From NCBI GenBank assembly GCA_041650995.1, contig JBAZJZ010000001.1:363302-427301 (forward strand): a DNA stretch of 64,000 nt. Reading direction: 5' to 3'. The stretch's first letter is position 1. The number at the start of each line of letters is the position of its first letter. The notes under the pieces are model-generated. The model made no database searches. It worked only from the letters and a program-made list of their open reading frames with translations, and was not told where the DNA came from. The DNA comes from Patescibacteria group bacterium (GTDB lineage Bacteria; Patescibacteriota; Patescibacteriia; XYB2-FULL-38-15). Made by a program: the position numbers and the translations under genes. Positions 19,199 to 27,252 of the stretch are shown here, piece after piece.

Positions 19199-19849
19199 CT
19201 ATTTTTTCTCCTTTCTATACATTAAATAACTATAACCTATTGTGATAATCGTGGTGATAACCACACTACCAATTAAAACAATAAAACTTACCATGCTGCC
19301 AAAAAAAGCGGCGACCAAGCTCGCCACGCCGGCAAAAATAAATACCTTGCCGCCGAAATCGTGCGTCTTTTTCCAATTTTCGTCAGAAACGAGGGTCCAC
19401 GGCGTCTTGATGCCAATAAAAAAATTTCTTTTAAGCTGCGGCAATATCCATCCAATAAAACATAAAAGCAGGGAAAAAGGAATCGCAAACATCAAGCTTC
19501 CCTGTGGCGGACTAAAACGTATTGAAGAATAAAGCAAAAATATTTCTAAATAAATAAAGAAGAACGCCAAGAAAATTTTAAAATATAAATACGGCTTGGC
19601 AAATTTTTCATAATTTTTCCGGAACGGATCAATCGCCGGCAAAAAAGACATTAAAAGATACGCCGCGAGAGCAATTGTCGGCATTAAAAATAAATTGATA
19701 TATTTTGAACCCCAGCCATCAACTTCTCCTCTTATATTCCAGTGTGTCGGCACTCGATCGGGCATATTCGGTGCCATATAAATTCCCACCGCAAAAATCG
19801 TAATAATAAACAAAACCATTAACCAGTCTACTTTTCCCCAAAGTTTCAT
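19199..19849 (-). CDS. SdpI/YhfL-family membrane protein (DUF1648 + SdpI domain)
   Basis: PTHWNIRGEVDGWGSK DUF1648-like motif followed by multiple TM helices. Confidence 0.55.
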   Translation of the reverse strand: MKLWGKVDWLMVLFIITIFAVGIYMAPNMPDRVPTHWNIRGEVDGWGSKYINLFLMPTIALAAYLLMSFLPAIDPFRKNYEKFAKPYLYFKIFLAFFFIYLEIFLLYSSIRFSPPQGSLMFAIPFSLLLCFIGWILPQLKRNFFIGIKTPWTLVSDENWKKTHDFGGKVFIFAGVASLVAAFFGSMVSFIVLIGSVVITTIITIGYSYLMYRKEKK

Positions 19850-19903
19850 AAACTTTAATTATTATTTAAAGTATCTTTCTGAAATTATATCACAAAATCA
19901 TGT

Positions 19904-19932
19904 TTGACAAAAATCAAATAATATTTTAAATT
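19904..19932 (+). promoter_or_regulatory. G3 promoter (TTGACAAAA-17-TAAATT)
   Basis: consensus -35 hexamer, 17-bp spacer. Confidence 0.45.
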
Positions 19933-19956
19933 TAAAATCCGGAAAGGAGGGGAAAA

Positions 19957-20400
19957 ATGGAAGACGGAACGATGCTGCTCGACAGGGAAAAGCGGAAAGC
20001 GGAAATTGGCGGACGCCTCCAAGAATACGAGCGGGAAAATCCCGAAATCTGGCGAGTCATCCTCAGGGTTTTCAGAGTAGAAACGACCTACTCCAAATAT
20101 GATTTCCTGGAGGCAATGTGGTCATTGTTCGAAGGTCTGCGAATGGTCACAGAACTGCTCGGACAACTACCACTGATCCCGGCCGAGTCAGCCGAAAGGG
20201 TCTGGACCGAACTGCACGAAGCGCCTTCCGACGTGCTAAACAGCGAGGACTTCGACCGTTTTCGCTGCATCATCGAGTTTGGTTTCAGGACAGCGCTAAA
20301 TGCAGTAGTCCGGTCACCTGACATCAAGAAGCGGACCGAACGCATCTTCGCCATGATTCTCCGGATGGTTCAAATCGAACTGGACCGAAAACCAGACTGA
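19957..20400 (+). CDS. G3: GC-rich cassette protein, helical, unknown function (147 aa)
   Basis: GGAAAGGAGGGG-N5-ATG; high GC at third codon position. Confidence 0.55.
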   Translation: MEDGTMLLDREKRKAEIGGRLQEYERENPEIWRVILRVFRVETTYSKYDFLEAMWSLFEGLRMVTELLGQLPLIPAESAERVWTELHEAPSDVLNSEDFDRFRCIIEFGFRTALNAVVRSPDIKKRTERIFAMILRMVQIELDRKPD

Positions 20401-20415
20401 AAAGGGAGGAATAGC

Positions 20416-20458
20416 AAAGAGGCACCGACACGGCAAGCCTCTTTTTTTATTTTTTTAT
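20416..20458 (+). terminator. G3 terminator
   Basis: aagaggc...gcctctt stem followed by a T-run. Confidence 0.55.
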
Positions 20459-20465
20459 TTTACCC

Positions 20466-20494
20466 TTGACAAAAAATAAAAATTAAATTAAGAT
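20466..20494 (+). promoter_or_regulatory. G4 promoter (TTGACAAAA-17-TAAGAT)
   Basis: consensus -35 hexamer, 17-bp spacer. Confidence 0.45.
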
Positions 20495-20521
20495 TCATTG
20501 TTCCCCGGAAAGGAGAATTCC

Positions 20522-20995
20522 ATGGAAACCACGAGCGCCGACAAGCGCCAAAATCCCGTTCAAAATCAGTTTGAGCGTCTGGTCGCTGCCTTGCGGATGG
20601 AAGAATCCGCCGTGGCCGACTGGCTCGAGGAAACGCGGGACGACTTGGCCGGTATTTTCGGCGAGACGGAACTTGCCCTGGCCTGGGAAAACATCTCTTT
20701 TCTCTCCTACATCTGGGTGATGCTCGGCACGATCGAAAAGATGAGGGAGAAGGGCCGGTTGCCCACGATCACCGTCAACTCCTACCTACAAGCCACTCGC
20801 GAGTGGAACGACCGGGAAATCCGCGCTCAACTGGAGTGTGAGATCCTCAAGGCCATGCAGACGTTCCAACGCGAATCTTACGAAGACTTCGAAACTCTCC
20901 TCAGCGGTTCTCCTTCCGAGAACCAGAGGGCAGAAAGCTGTTGCCGCGGGAAGCTAGCAAAGCTCCTGCGTTTGGTCAGACTCTCTCAGCAGTAA
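20522..20995 (+). CDS. G4: GC-rich cassette protein, helical, unknown function (157 aa)
   Basis: AAAGGAGAA-N4-ATG; start METTSADKR. Confidence 0.55.
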   Translation: METTSADKRQNPVQNQFERLVAALRMEESAVADWLEETRDDLAGIFGETELALAWENISFLSYIWVMLGTIEKMREKGRLPTITVNSYLQATREWNDREIRAQLECEILKAMQTFQRESYEDFETLLSGSPSENQRAESCCRGKLAKLLRLVRLSQQ

Positions 20996-21010
20996 GAAAG
21001 GAGGCAAAAC

Positions 21011-21050
21011 GAAAAGCATCCCCGCTTCACGAGGATGCTTCTTTTTTTAT
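21011..21050. terminator. G4 terminator (bidirectional with the 21059 gene)
   Basis: aagcatcc..ggatgctt stem followed by a T-run. Confidence 0.6.
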
Positions 21051-21058
21051 TTTTAAAT

Positions 21059-21472
21059 TTAAGCAGCTCTTTTTCCCAGGGCGTTCTTAATTCTTTCTCT
21101 GCGAATGTCTTCCTTTTCTTGCTCTTCACGCGACATTTCTTTTACTTTCAACATTCTCATCGCAGCACCATAAACCCCTTCTTCAAATTTTTCCGGAGTA
21201 AGTGTTCCCTCGTCAAGTTGCTTGAGCCAAAATTCTTTGATACTAAGAGTAGCCATTTCTAATCTCTTAGGATCCCCTCCTTCTCTATCCAAAACCGACT
21301 TCACAAAATCTTCTGGACTCATTACCCCAGCAAGCAAACTACCAACGTCAGTTTCTCTTTCCGCTGCGGCGGCAGCGCCTTCGTGTTTTTGTTCCATATT
21401 TTTTTCTCCTCCCATTTTTTCGTATTCCGCCGCGACTTCCGGCGGAACTTCACCTTCTCTAAACATATTCAA
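21059..21472 (-). CDS. hypothetical protein (137 aa)
   Basis: ORF; no motif. Confidence 0.4.
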   Translation of the reverse strand: MNMFREGEVPPEVAAEYEKMGGEKNMEQKHEGAAAAAERETDVGSLLAGVMSPEDFVKSVLDREGGDPKRLEMATLSIKEFWLKQLDEGTLTPEKFEEGVYGAAMRMLKVKEMSREEQEKEDIRRERIKNALGKRAA

Positions 21473-21529
21473 AAAATTAATTTCTTAACACTAAATAATA
21501 ACATAAATTCCAAATTTTGGCAAGATCCC

Positions 21530-22945
21530 CTAGGCGGCCTTTGTTTTTTTAGCTTTAGGTTTCTTTTCTTCCGGCTCTGCTATTTTAAACGCCGCCTCAA
21601 CCCTCGCCCTTCCCTTCTGCGCTCTTATCCTTTTCCCTTTTTCACGGAGACCTTCAATTTTCGTCTTGATGCGCTCTTCCCTGGCGCGGCTTGCTGCGGC
21701 GCCTTTTTCAAGCCATTCATCTCCAGCCGCCTCTGTTTTCCCAATTTTTTGCCATTTCTTTAACGCATTTAAATCAACATTTTTAAATATTGGTTCTCCG
21801 TCCTTATCCGTTTTGCCGAGAAGCATTGTTTCTTTATTTTTACCAAAATTCACAACCGCCCAACCGGAATCCAACTTACCTGAATCATCTACCACTACAA
21901 CCTTATCGCCGATCTTAAAGCCAGAATCACCCAAAAATTCCTGCGCCGGTATTGCTTCAAGTTCTTCTTCCTCGACCGACGGCAATTCCCTTTTCGCTTT
22001 TTTTCTTTTAACAAGGGAAACTGGTTCAACTTTTGCTTTTTCCATTTCTTCTTCGGCCGATTCAATAACTTCCTCGGCCAAAACCTCAACCGGTTTAATT
22101 TTCTCTATGGAGGGAGGCAATTTTTCTTCGTGCTCTTTGTCTATTGCCTCAAATTCTTCACCTGGCGGGAGGTCAACCATTTTCATTTTTTCTTCTTTCA
22201 CCTTAAACAAACTATCCCTTTCCGCCTTAATTACACTACGCGTTTCTTCCATCTTTTCTTGCTCGTCCTTGAGTTTATCCGATTTAAAAAACTTTCCACT
22301 TTTTAAACCCTGTTCAATCTCTTCGTGACGGACGTCTTGCGCCCGCATCTGATCTTCTAAAAATTTAATTCTCTTATCAACCTCTTTTAATGAAGCTTTT
22401 TCATACTTCGTTTTTATCTTTTCGGATATTTCCTCGAGCAACGGTTTTTGTTCAAGAATTTCTACATCTTCAATTAAACCCGTCTTCGCTGCTTCCGCTT
22501 CTTGTTCAATTGCTGCCTCTTCTGCTTTGGCTTCCGCAATGGTCGGCGCGGCCTCTTCCACGCTCGCACCGGCGCGCGCCGCGCTTTCTAAAATTTTTTT
22601 AGGAATTTCCTGCCCTTTAGCTTTTACGTCACTAACTTCTGTTTTGGCAGCGGCTTCAATATCCTCCGCGGTTTCCTTACTCGCCTCCCTTTCCGCCTCT
22701 TCTTTTTCCATTTTCTCTTCCTGCTCAAAATAATCATTCATTCTCTCCCAATATTTCCCAATGCCAAATTGATTGAAAAATCTAGAAACAGATCCTGGTT
22801 TTTTTAACTTTTTTTCCTTACGGACCGCTTCAAATTCCTTTTGCTCTTCCGCGCGAATCTCGCTCGGTTTTTCAGCTTCTGTTTTAGCCTCTGCTTTTTT
22901 ATATTTTTCTAATGTTTCATCTGATTCAAATTCTCTGGGTGACAT
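21530..22945 (-). CDS. highly charged Glu/Lys-rich coiled-coil protein with KOW-like C-terminal segment
   Basis: 471 aa, E/K/A-rich repeats; GDKVVVV motif. Confidence 0.4.
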   Translation of the reverse strand: MSPREFESDETLEKYKKAEAKTEAEKPSEIRAEEQKEFEAVRKEKKLKKPGSVSRFFNQFGIGKYWERMNDYFEQEEKMEKEEAEREASKETAEDIEAAAKTEVSDVKAKGQEIPKKILESAARAGASVEEAAPTIAEAKAEEAAIEQEAEAAKTGLIEDVEILEQKPLLEEISEKIKTKYEKASLKEVDKRIKFLEDQMRAQDVRHEEIEQGLKSGKFFKSDKLKDEQEKMEETRSVIKAERDSLFKVKEEKMKMVDLPPGEEFEAIDKEHEEKLPPSIEKIKPVEVLAEEVIESAEEEMEKAKVEPVSLVKRKKAKRELPSVEEEELEAIPAQEFLGDSGFKIGDKVVVVDDSGKLDSGWAVVNFGKNKETMLLGKTDKDGEPIFKNVDLNALKKWQKIGKTEAAGDEWLEKGAAASRAREERIKTKIEGLREKGKRIRAQKGRARVEAAFKIAEPEEKKPKAKKTKAA

Positions 22946-23224
22946 AATTTTAAAAAATTAATTTAAATTTAAATTTTTGCGTATTTTTTCTATCTGCTCT
23001 GCCTCTATCTTTTTTATTGCCTTTTCCAAAACCGCCCTCTGGCGGCGCGATAATTTAAACATAATATCAGAGAACTTTTTATAAGCCTCCTCTGCTTTTA
23101 AAATTTTCTCTCGTGTGGATAAATTTTTTCCTTCAGCCATACGCTTGTGGATAGATCTTTTTATATATTCTATCATATTTTTAAAAATGAGTAAAAAAAT
23201 CCGGCAGATGAAATATCCGCCGAA

Positions 23225-23551
23225 CTAGATTTTGGAAGGCCATTCCCGAAATTCGATCTCAACCCATCCTTCATCTCCGCCCACTCCGCCCTCAATTGGC
23301 TTAACTCGGAGATAAATTGGAGCATTGCCGCCAGCCTGAATATCCGCGCAAACAAGACGAACGAGACACCGCGTAGTAAGCTCCGGATCGACGAACAGCA
23401 AGTAATCCAACGGCGGTGCGAAACGGACAAGGGACAGGCGATTTACGAGGTGCGAAAAGGCGATCTCTATCGCCCGACGAATTTCGCAGTTGATTTCCGG
23501 AAACTCTCGCGCGAGAATTTTCCTGACTTGTCTTCCTGAAAGGCCGCCCAT
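23225..23551 (-). CDS. G9: higher-GC cassette protein of unknown function (108 aa)
   Basis: GGAGGTAAGGAA-ATG; TTGACAAAA promoter. Confidence 0.45.
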   Translation of the reverse strand: MGGLSGRQVRKILAREFPEINCEIRRAIEIAFSHLVNRLSLVRFAPPLDYLLFVDPELTTRCLVRLVCADIQAGGNAPIYLRVKPIEGGVGGDEGWVEIEFREWPSKI

Positions 23552-23602
23552 TTCCTTACCTCCTTTTTTAGAAATGATTCGGATGACCACCCCCTTAATC
23601 GG

Positions 23603-23631
23603 AAATTAACAAAAAAGACGACTTTTGTCAA
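23603..23631 (-). promoter_or_regulatory. G9 promoter (TTGACAAAA-17-TAATTT)
   Basis: minus-strand TTGACA at 23631-23626. Confidence 0.4.
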
Positions 23632-23676
23632 TAACCGTCGCCCTTTTGTTAAAAATTATTTTAGTTGTTGCCTTTG

Positions 23677-24702
23677 TTATTGTAAATATTTCGCCTTATT
23701 TTCTTTGTGTTCTTCAAAATTTATGCTATAAATTGTCTGACCATCTTTCGCGTGCAAAAAATACCAATAGTCGTTTGCCTTGGGATAAATTGCCGCCCGA
23801 ATTGCTTCTAGCCCGGGATTTCCGATCGGCCCCGCGGGCAAACCGCGATATTTGTAAGTATTATGTGGCGAATCAATTTTTAAATCATCAAGGCTCGGCT
23901 GAGTTTCGTATTTTCCGGTTGCGTAATTTACCGTAGCATCGGACTGGAGGGCAATTCCTTCATCAATTCTCCGCCAAAATATATCAGCGACCATAGCCAT
24001 ATCTTCTCCCCTCGCCTCTTTTTCAATGATTGACGCCATCGTTAAAATTTCAAAAATATTTTTTTTCTGTTTAGCAATTTCCGCTCGGAGATCGGCCGAT
24101 AATTTTTTATCAAAATTATCCAACATTTTTTTGATGATATGTTTAGCAACGGCAATTCCTTCATCCTCACCGTTTAAAAATTCTGCCGGAAATTCTCTAT
24201 AAATCCTATATGTATCCGGGAATAAATATCCTTCAAGCGTCGCGCCAGCCGGCCGATCACTCAAAAATTCGTAATTCTTAATTCCTGATTCATAATTATC
24301 TGCTGTTGCCAAAAAAATATCTTTAGAAACCACGCCTTCTCGTTCTAAATAATTTGCGATTTCCGTGTTGTTCCAGCCCTCGAGAATCTTTATGTCGCGT
24401 TCGTTTGTTTCACCGGCAGAAGTTAAGACTGGAACAATTTCCCAAACCCTCATATTCTGCCGCAGTTTATGTTCGCCGGCCTTAAAATCGCTTTGAACTT
24501 TTTTTAACCAAACGTAAGTTTCAAAAACAAATTTATTTTTAATAAAATTTTGTTCTTTCAAATGTTGGCTTATTTCATTAACCCCCTCGCCCTTTTCAAT
24601 AACAAAAATTTTTTCCGCGGTATCCTCGGATGGAGACACAAAAATAAACCAACTAAAAGTGACCAAAACAATAAGAATTACCAAAAAAACAATTTTTTTC
24701 AT
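23677..24702 (-). CDS. mltG: endolytic murein transglycosylase MltG/YceG
   Basis: N-terminal TM; YceG-like domain with conserved Y..INFEEH C-terminus. Confidence 0.75.
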   Translation of the reverse strand: MKKIVFLVILIVLVTFSWFIFVSPSEDTAEKIFVIEKGEGVNEISQHLKEQNFIKNKFVFETYVWLKKVQSDFKAGEHKLRQNMRVWEIVPVLTSAGETNERDIKILEGWNNTEIANYLEREGVVSKDIFLATADNYESGIKNYEFLSDRPAGATLEGYLFPDTYRIYREFPAEFLNGEDEGIAVAKHIIKKMLDNFDKKLSADLRAEIAKQKKNIFEILTMASIIEKEARGEDMAMVADIFWRRIDEGIALQSDATVNYATGKYETQPSLDDLKIDSPHNTYKYRGLPAGPIGNPGLEAIRAAIYPKANDYWYFLHAKDGQTIYSINFEEHKENKAKYLQ

Positions 24703-24838
24703 ACCCCGTTAGAAGTCTGCCACTCCAGAGCAGAACTTTTTAAAACAAATTAAATTATTTTTTGCCTAAACCCGGTTAGATGTTAAGAAAAAATTTAAAA
24801 AAATTTTTTCGCGGAGGACTTCTAACGGGGCATAATTG

Positions 24839-25900
24839 CTATAAATATTTTTTTAATCTCTTTTTCTCTAATCCATCTACAATTTTTTTAACCTCTCCCG
24901 CTCTGCCTTTCGAACAAACAAGCAACGCATCTTCAGTCAAAACAATCACGAGATCACTTAAACCGACTGCCGCGACTAACTTATTATCCGGACTATAAAC
25001 CAAACAATTCTTTGTGTCAATTGAAATAACTTTTCCCCTTGTCACATTTCCATTTTTGTCGCCAGGAAGCATTTTCGAAATAATCTGCCATTTTCCCAAA
25101 TCACTCCAAGTAAATTTTTCCGAAACAGCAACAGCAATTTTCGGCGCTCGATTTGTAATCGCCGTTTCAACGGAAATTTTTTCTAGTTTAACATAATTTT
25201 TTGAACTTCCTCCGGCTGCCAATTTTTCACAAACATCATACATTTTTGGCTGAAATTTTCTAAATAAATCAAGAATGGTTTTTAACTTCCAAACATACAT
25301 TCCGGTATGATAAAAATATTTTCCTGACTTAATCAATTTTTTACAATAATTAATATCTGGTTTTTCAACCCAACCACCAACTTTAAAAATTCGCGCTCTT
25401 TTTTCTCCTCCTATTTTTTCCCCGATTTTTATATAACTGTATCCCGCGTCCGGACAAGTTGGTTTCGCCCCCGGCGTTACTATATAGTCAGGATTTTTTT
25501 CTAAAAATCTTTCCGCTGCCTGAAGCATCGCGCGAAAAGACGCGGCATTGGAAATATAATCATCAGAGGGTAAACTCGCAACAATTGCATTTTCTCCAAA
25601 ACGACGCGCTAAAACACAACTTTCAAGACACATCGCCGGCCCGGTATTTCGCCCCGCCGATTCCAAAATCATATTTTTAACCGGCAACTCCCCTATTTCC
25701 TTCTTCAACCTGCGGATCATTTTTTGATTTAAAGAAATAAAAAGATCTTCTTTATTTTTAAGAAGCGGTTTTACGCGATTTACTGTGTCGCGGATAAGAG
25801 TATTTTCCCCAACCAAAGCCTGAAATTGTTTTGGGTTATTTTCGCGCGATGCCGGCCAAAGCCTTGTCCCCGATCCTCCTGCCCTAATTACGATTTTCAT
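24839..25900 (-). CDS. mannose-1-phosphate guanylyltransferase-like nucleotidyltransferase
   Basis: MKIVIRAGGSGTRLWP sugar-nucleotidyltransferase N-terminal motif. Confidence 0.7.
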   Translation of the reverse strand: MKIVIRAGGSGTRLWPASRENNPKQFQALVGENTLIRDTVNRVKPLLKNKEDLFISLNQKMIRRLKKEIGELPVKNMILESAGRNTGPAMCLESCVLARRFGENAIVASLPSDDYISNAASFRAMLQAAERFLEKNPDYIVTPGAKPTCPDAGYSYIKIGEKIGGEKRARIFKVGGWVEKPDINYCKKLIKSGKYFYHTGMYVWKLKTILDLFRKFQPKMYDVCEKLAAGGSSKNYVKLEKISVETAITNRAPKIAVAVSEKFTWSDLGKWQIISKMLPGDKNGNVTRGKVISIDTKNCLVYSPDNKLVAAVGLSDLVIVLTEDALLVCSKGRAGEVKKIVDGLEKKRLKKYL

Positions 25901-26424
25901 ATTTTAAATATTTTTTTCCAATTAATTTTATTTACCGCATAAGCCGCGAGCCCCGCCAAAATTATTCCACCCAAAATATCTAATGGATAATGCACTCCAA
26001 CATAAACCCTTGAAACGCTGACAAACGCCGCCAAAATTATTAAAACGGCACCCAATTTTCTGTTATAAAAATAAATTCCAAACGCCATAACAAAAGACAA
26101 AAATGTATGTGCCGAAGGAAATGATCCGTCGGATATTTTCCCTATCAACAAATTTACGTCATGAACGGAAAACGGGCGCGGCCGGAAATAAATTAAATTA
26201 ATTATAATTTTTATAAGATAACTGAAAAATGCCGCCAAAATAATTTCTAAAATTATAATCGTGTCCGCGCGCCGATTATTTTTATTAAAAATCGTCCAGG
26301 CGATAATCACAAAAGCCATGGCAAAAATTAAATATTCAGCGCAAAAAATTCCGAAAAAATCCAACGGCCACCATCTCCCTGCCAGATTGTTTATAAGTTG
26401 GAATAAATAAAAATCCATAATCAA
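25897..26424 (-). CDS. PAP2-family phosphatase
   Basis: SFPSAHT and GVHYPLD PAP2 motifs. Confidence 0.7.
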   Translation of the reverse strand: MIMDFYLFQLINNLAGRWWPLDFFGIFCAEYLIFAMAFVIIAWTIFNKNNRRADTIIILEIILAAFFSYLIKIIINLIYFRPRPFSVHDVNLLIGKISDGSFPSAHTFLSFVMAFGIYFYNRKLGAVLIILAAFVSVSRVYVGVHYPLDILGGIILAGLAAYAVNKINWKKIFKI

Positions 26425-26425
26425 T

Positions 26426-27244
26426 TTATTTTTGGCAACCGGGACAAAAGCTCGTCCCCCGCCCGGCCAATTTAATTGTTTTTACTTTCCCCTTGCAACT
26501 GATGCACGACTCTCCTCCGCGGCCGTAAATTTTTAGAAAGGGCATGTAGCTACCTTTTTCTCCCAGGGCGTTGACATAAGAGTCAACCGATGAACCACCT
26601 CGCGCGATCGCCGCGGAAAGAATTTTTCTAAGGCAAAAATAAAGATTTTTAATTTCCGACGCAGTCAAAGTAGAAACCTTTCTTCCTGGCAAAATTTTGG
26701 CGCAAAAACACGCTTCTTGCGCGTAAATATTTCCGATGCCGGCGATGAATTTCTGATCCATCAAAAGCGGTTTTATTTTTGCGTTCGGTTTTTTCCCTAG
26801 CAAATTTTTAAAATCTTCCACGGAAAATTTTTGATCAAGAATTTCTGGCCCGTAATTTTCTTTATCTAAAAAATTTTTTACCTCGTACGTTTCCATTAAC
26901 TTCGCGTAACCGAAAAGACGAAAATCATAATGTTTCAATTCATGGTCGTCGGAAAAAGTATAAATAATATGCGGCTTACCAATCCCCTCTTTTCCATTAT
27001 AAATCAGCTGCCCCGTCATTTTTAAATGAATTACAATACTCCGACTATTGGACAAATCTAAAATTAAAATTTTAGCTCGCCTTCTTAAATCCGTAATACT
27101 CGCTCCAATAATATTTTTTCTAAATTCCCTTACTGGCACATTGACCATTCTCGCCAGCCTCACTTCAACGGATTTTATTTTTTTACCTTTTATTTTAGCA
27201 AGTAATTGTCTTCTTATTGTTTCTACTTCTGGCAACTCAGGCAT
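26426..27244 (-). CDS. mutM: formamidopyrimidine-DNA glycosylase
   Basis: MPELPEVE N-terminus; C-terminal zinc finger C..C...C..C. Confidence 0.85.
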   Translation of the reverse strand: MPELPEVETIRRQLLAKIKGKKIKSVEVRLARMVNVPVREFRKNIIGASITDLRRRAKILILDLSNSRSIVIHLKMTGQLIYNGKEGIGKPHIIYTFSDDHELKHYDFRLFGYAKLMETYEVKNFLDKENYGPEILDQKFSVEDFKNLLGKKPNAKIKPLLMDQKFIAGIGNIYAQEACFCAKILPGRKVSTLTASEIKNLYFCLRKILSAAIARGGSSVDSYVNALGEKGSYMPFLKIYGRGGESCISCKGKVKTIKLAGRGTSFCPGCQK

Positions 27245-27252
27245 AAAAAAAT

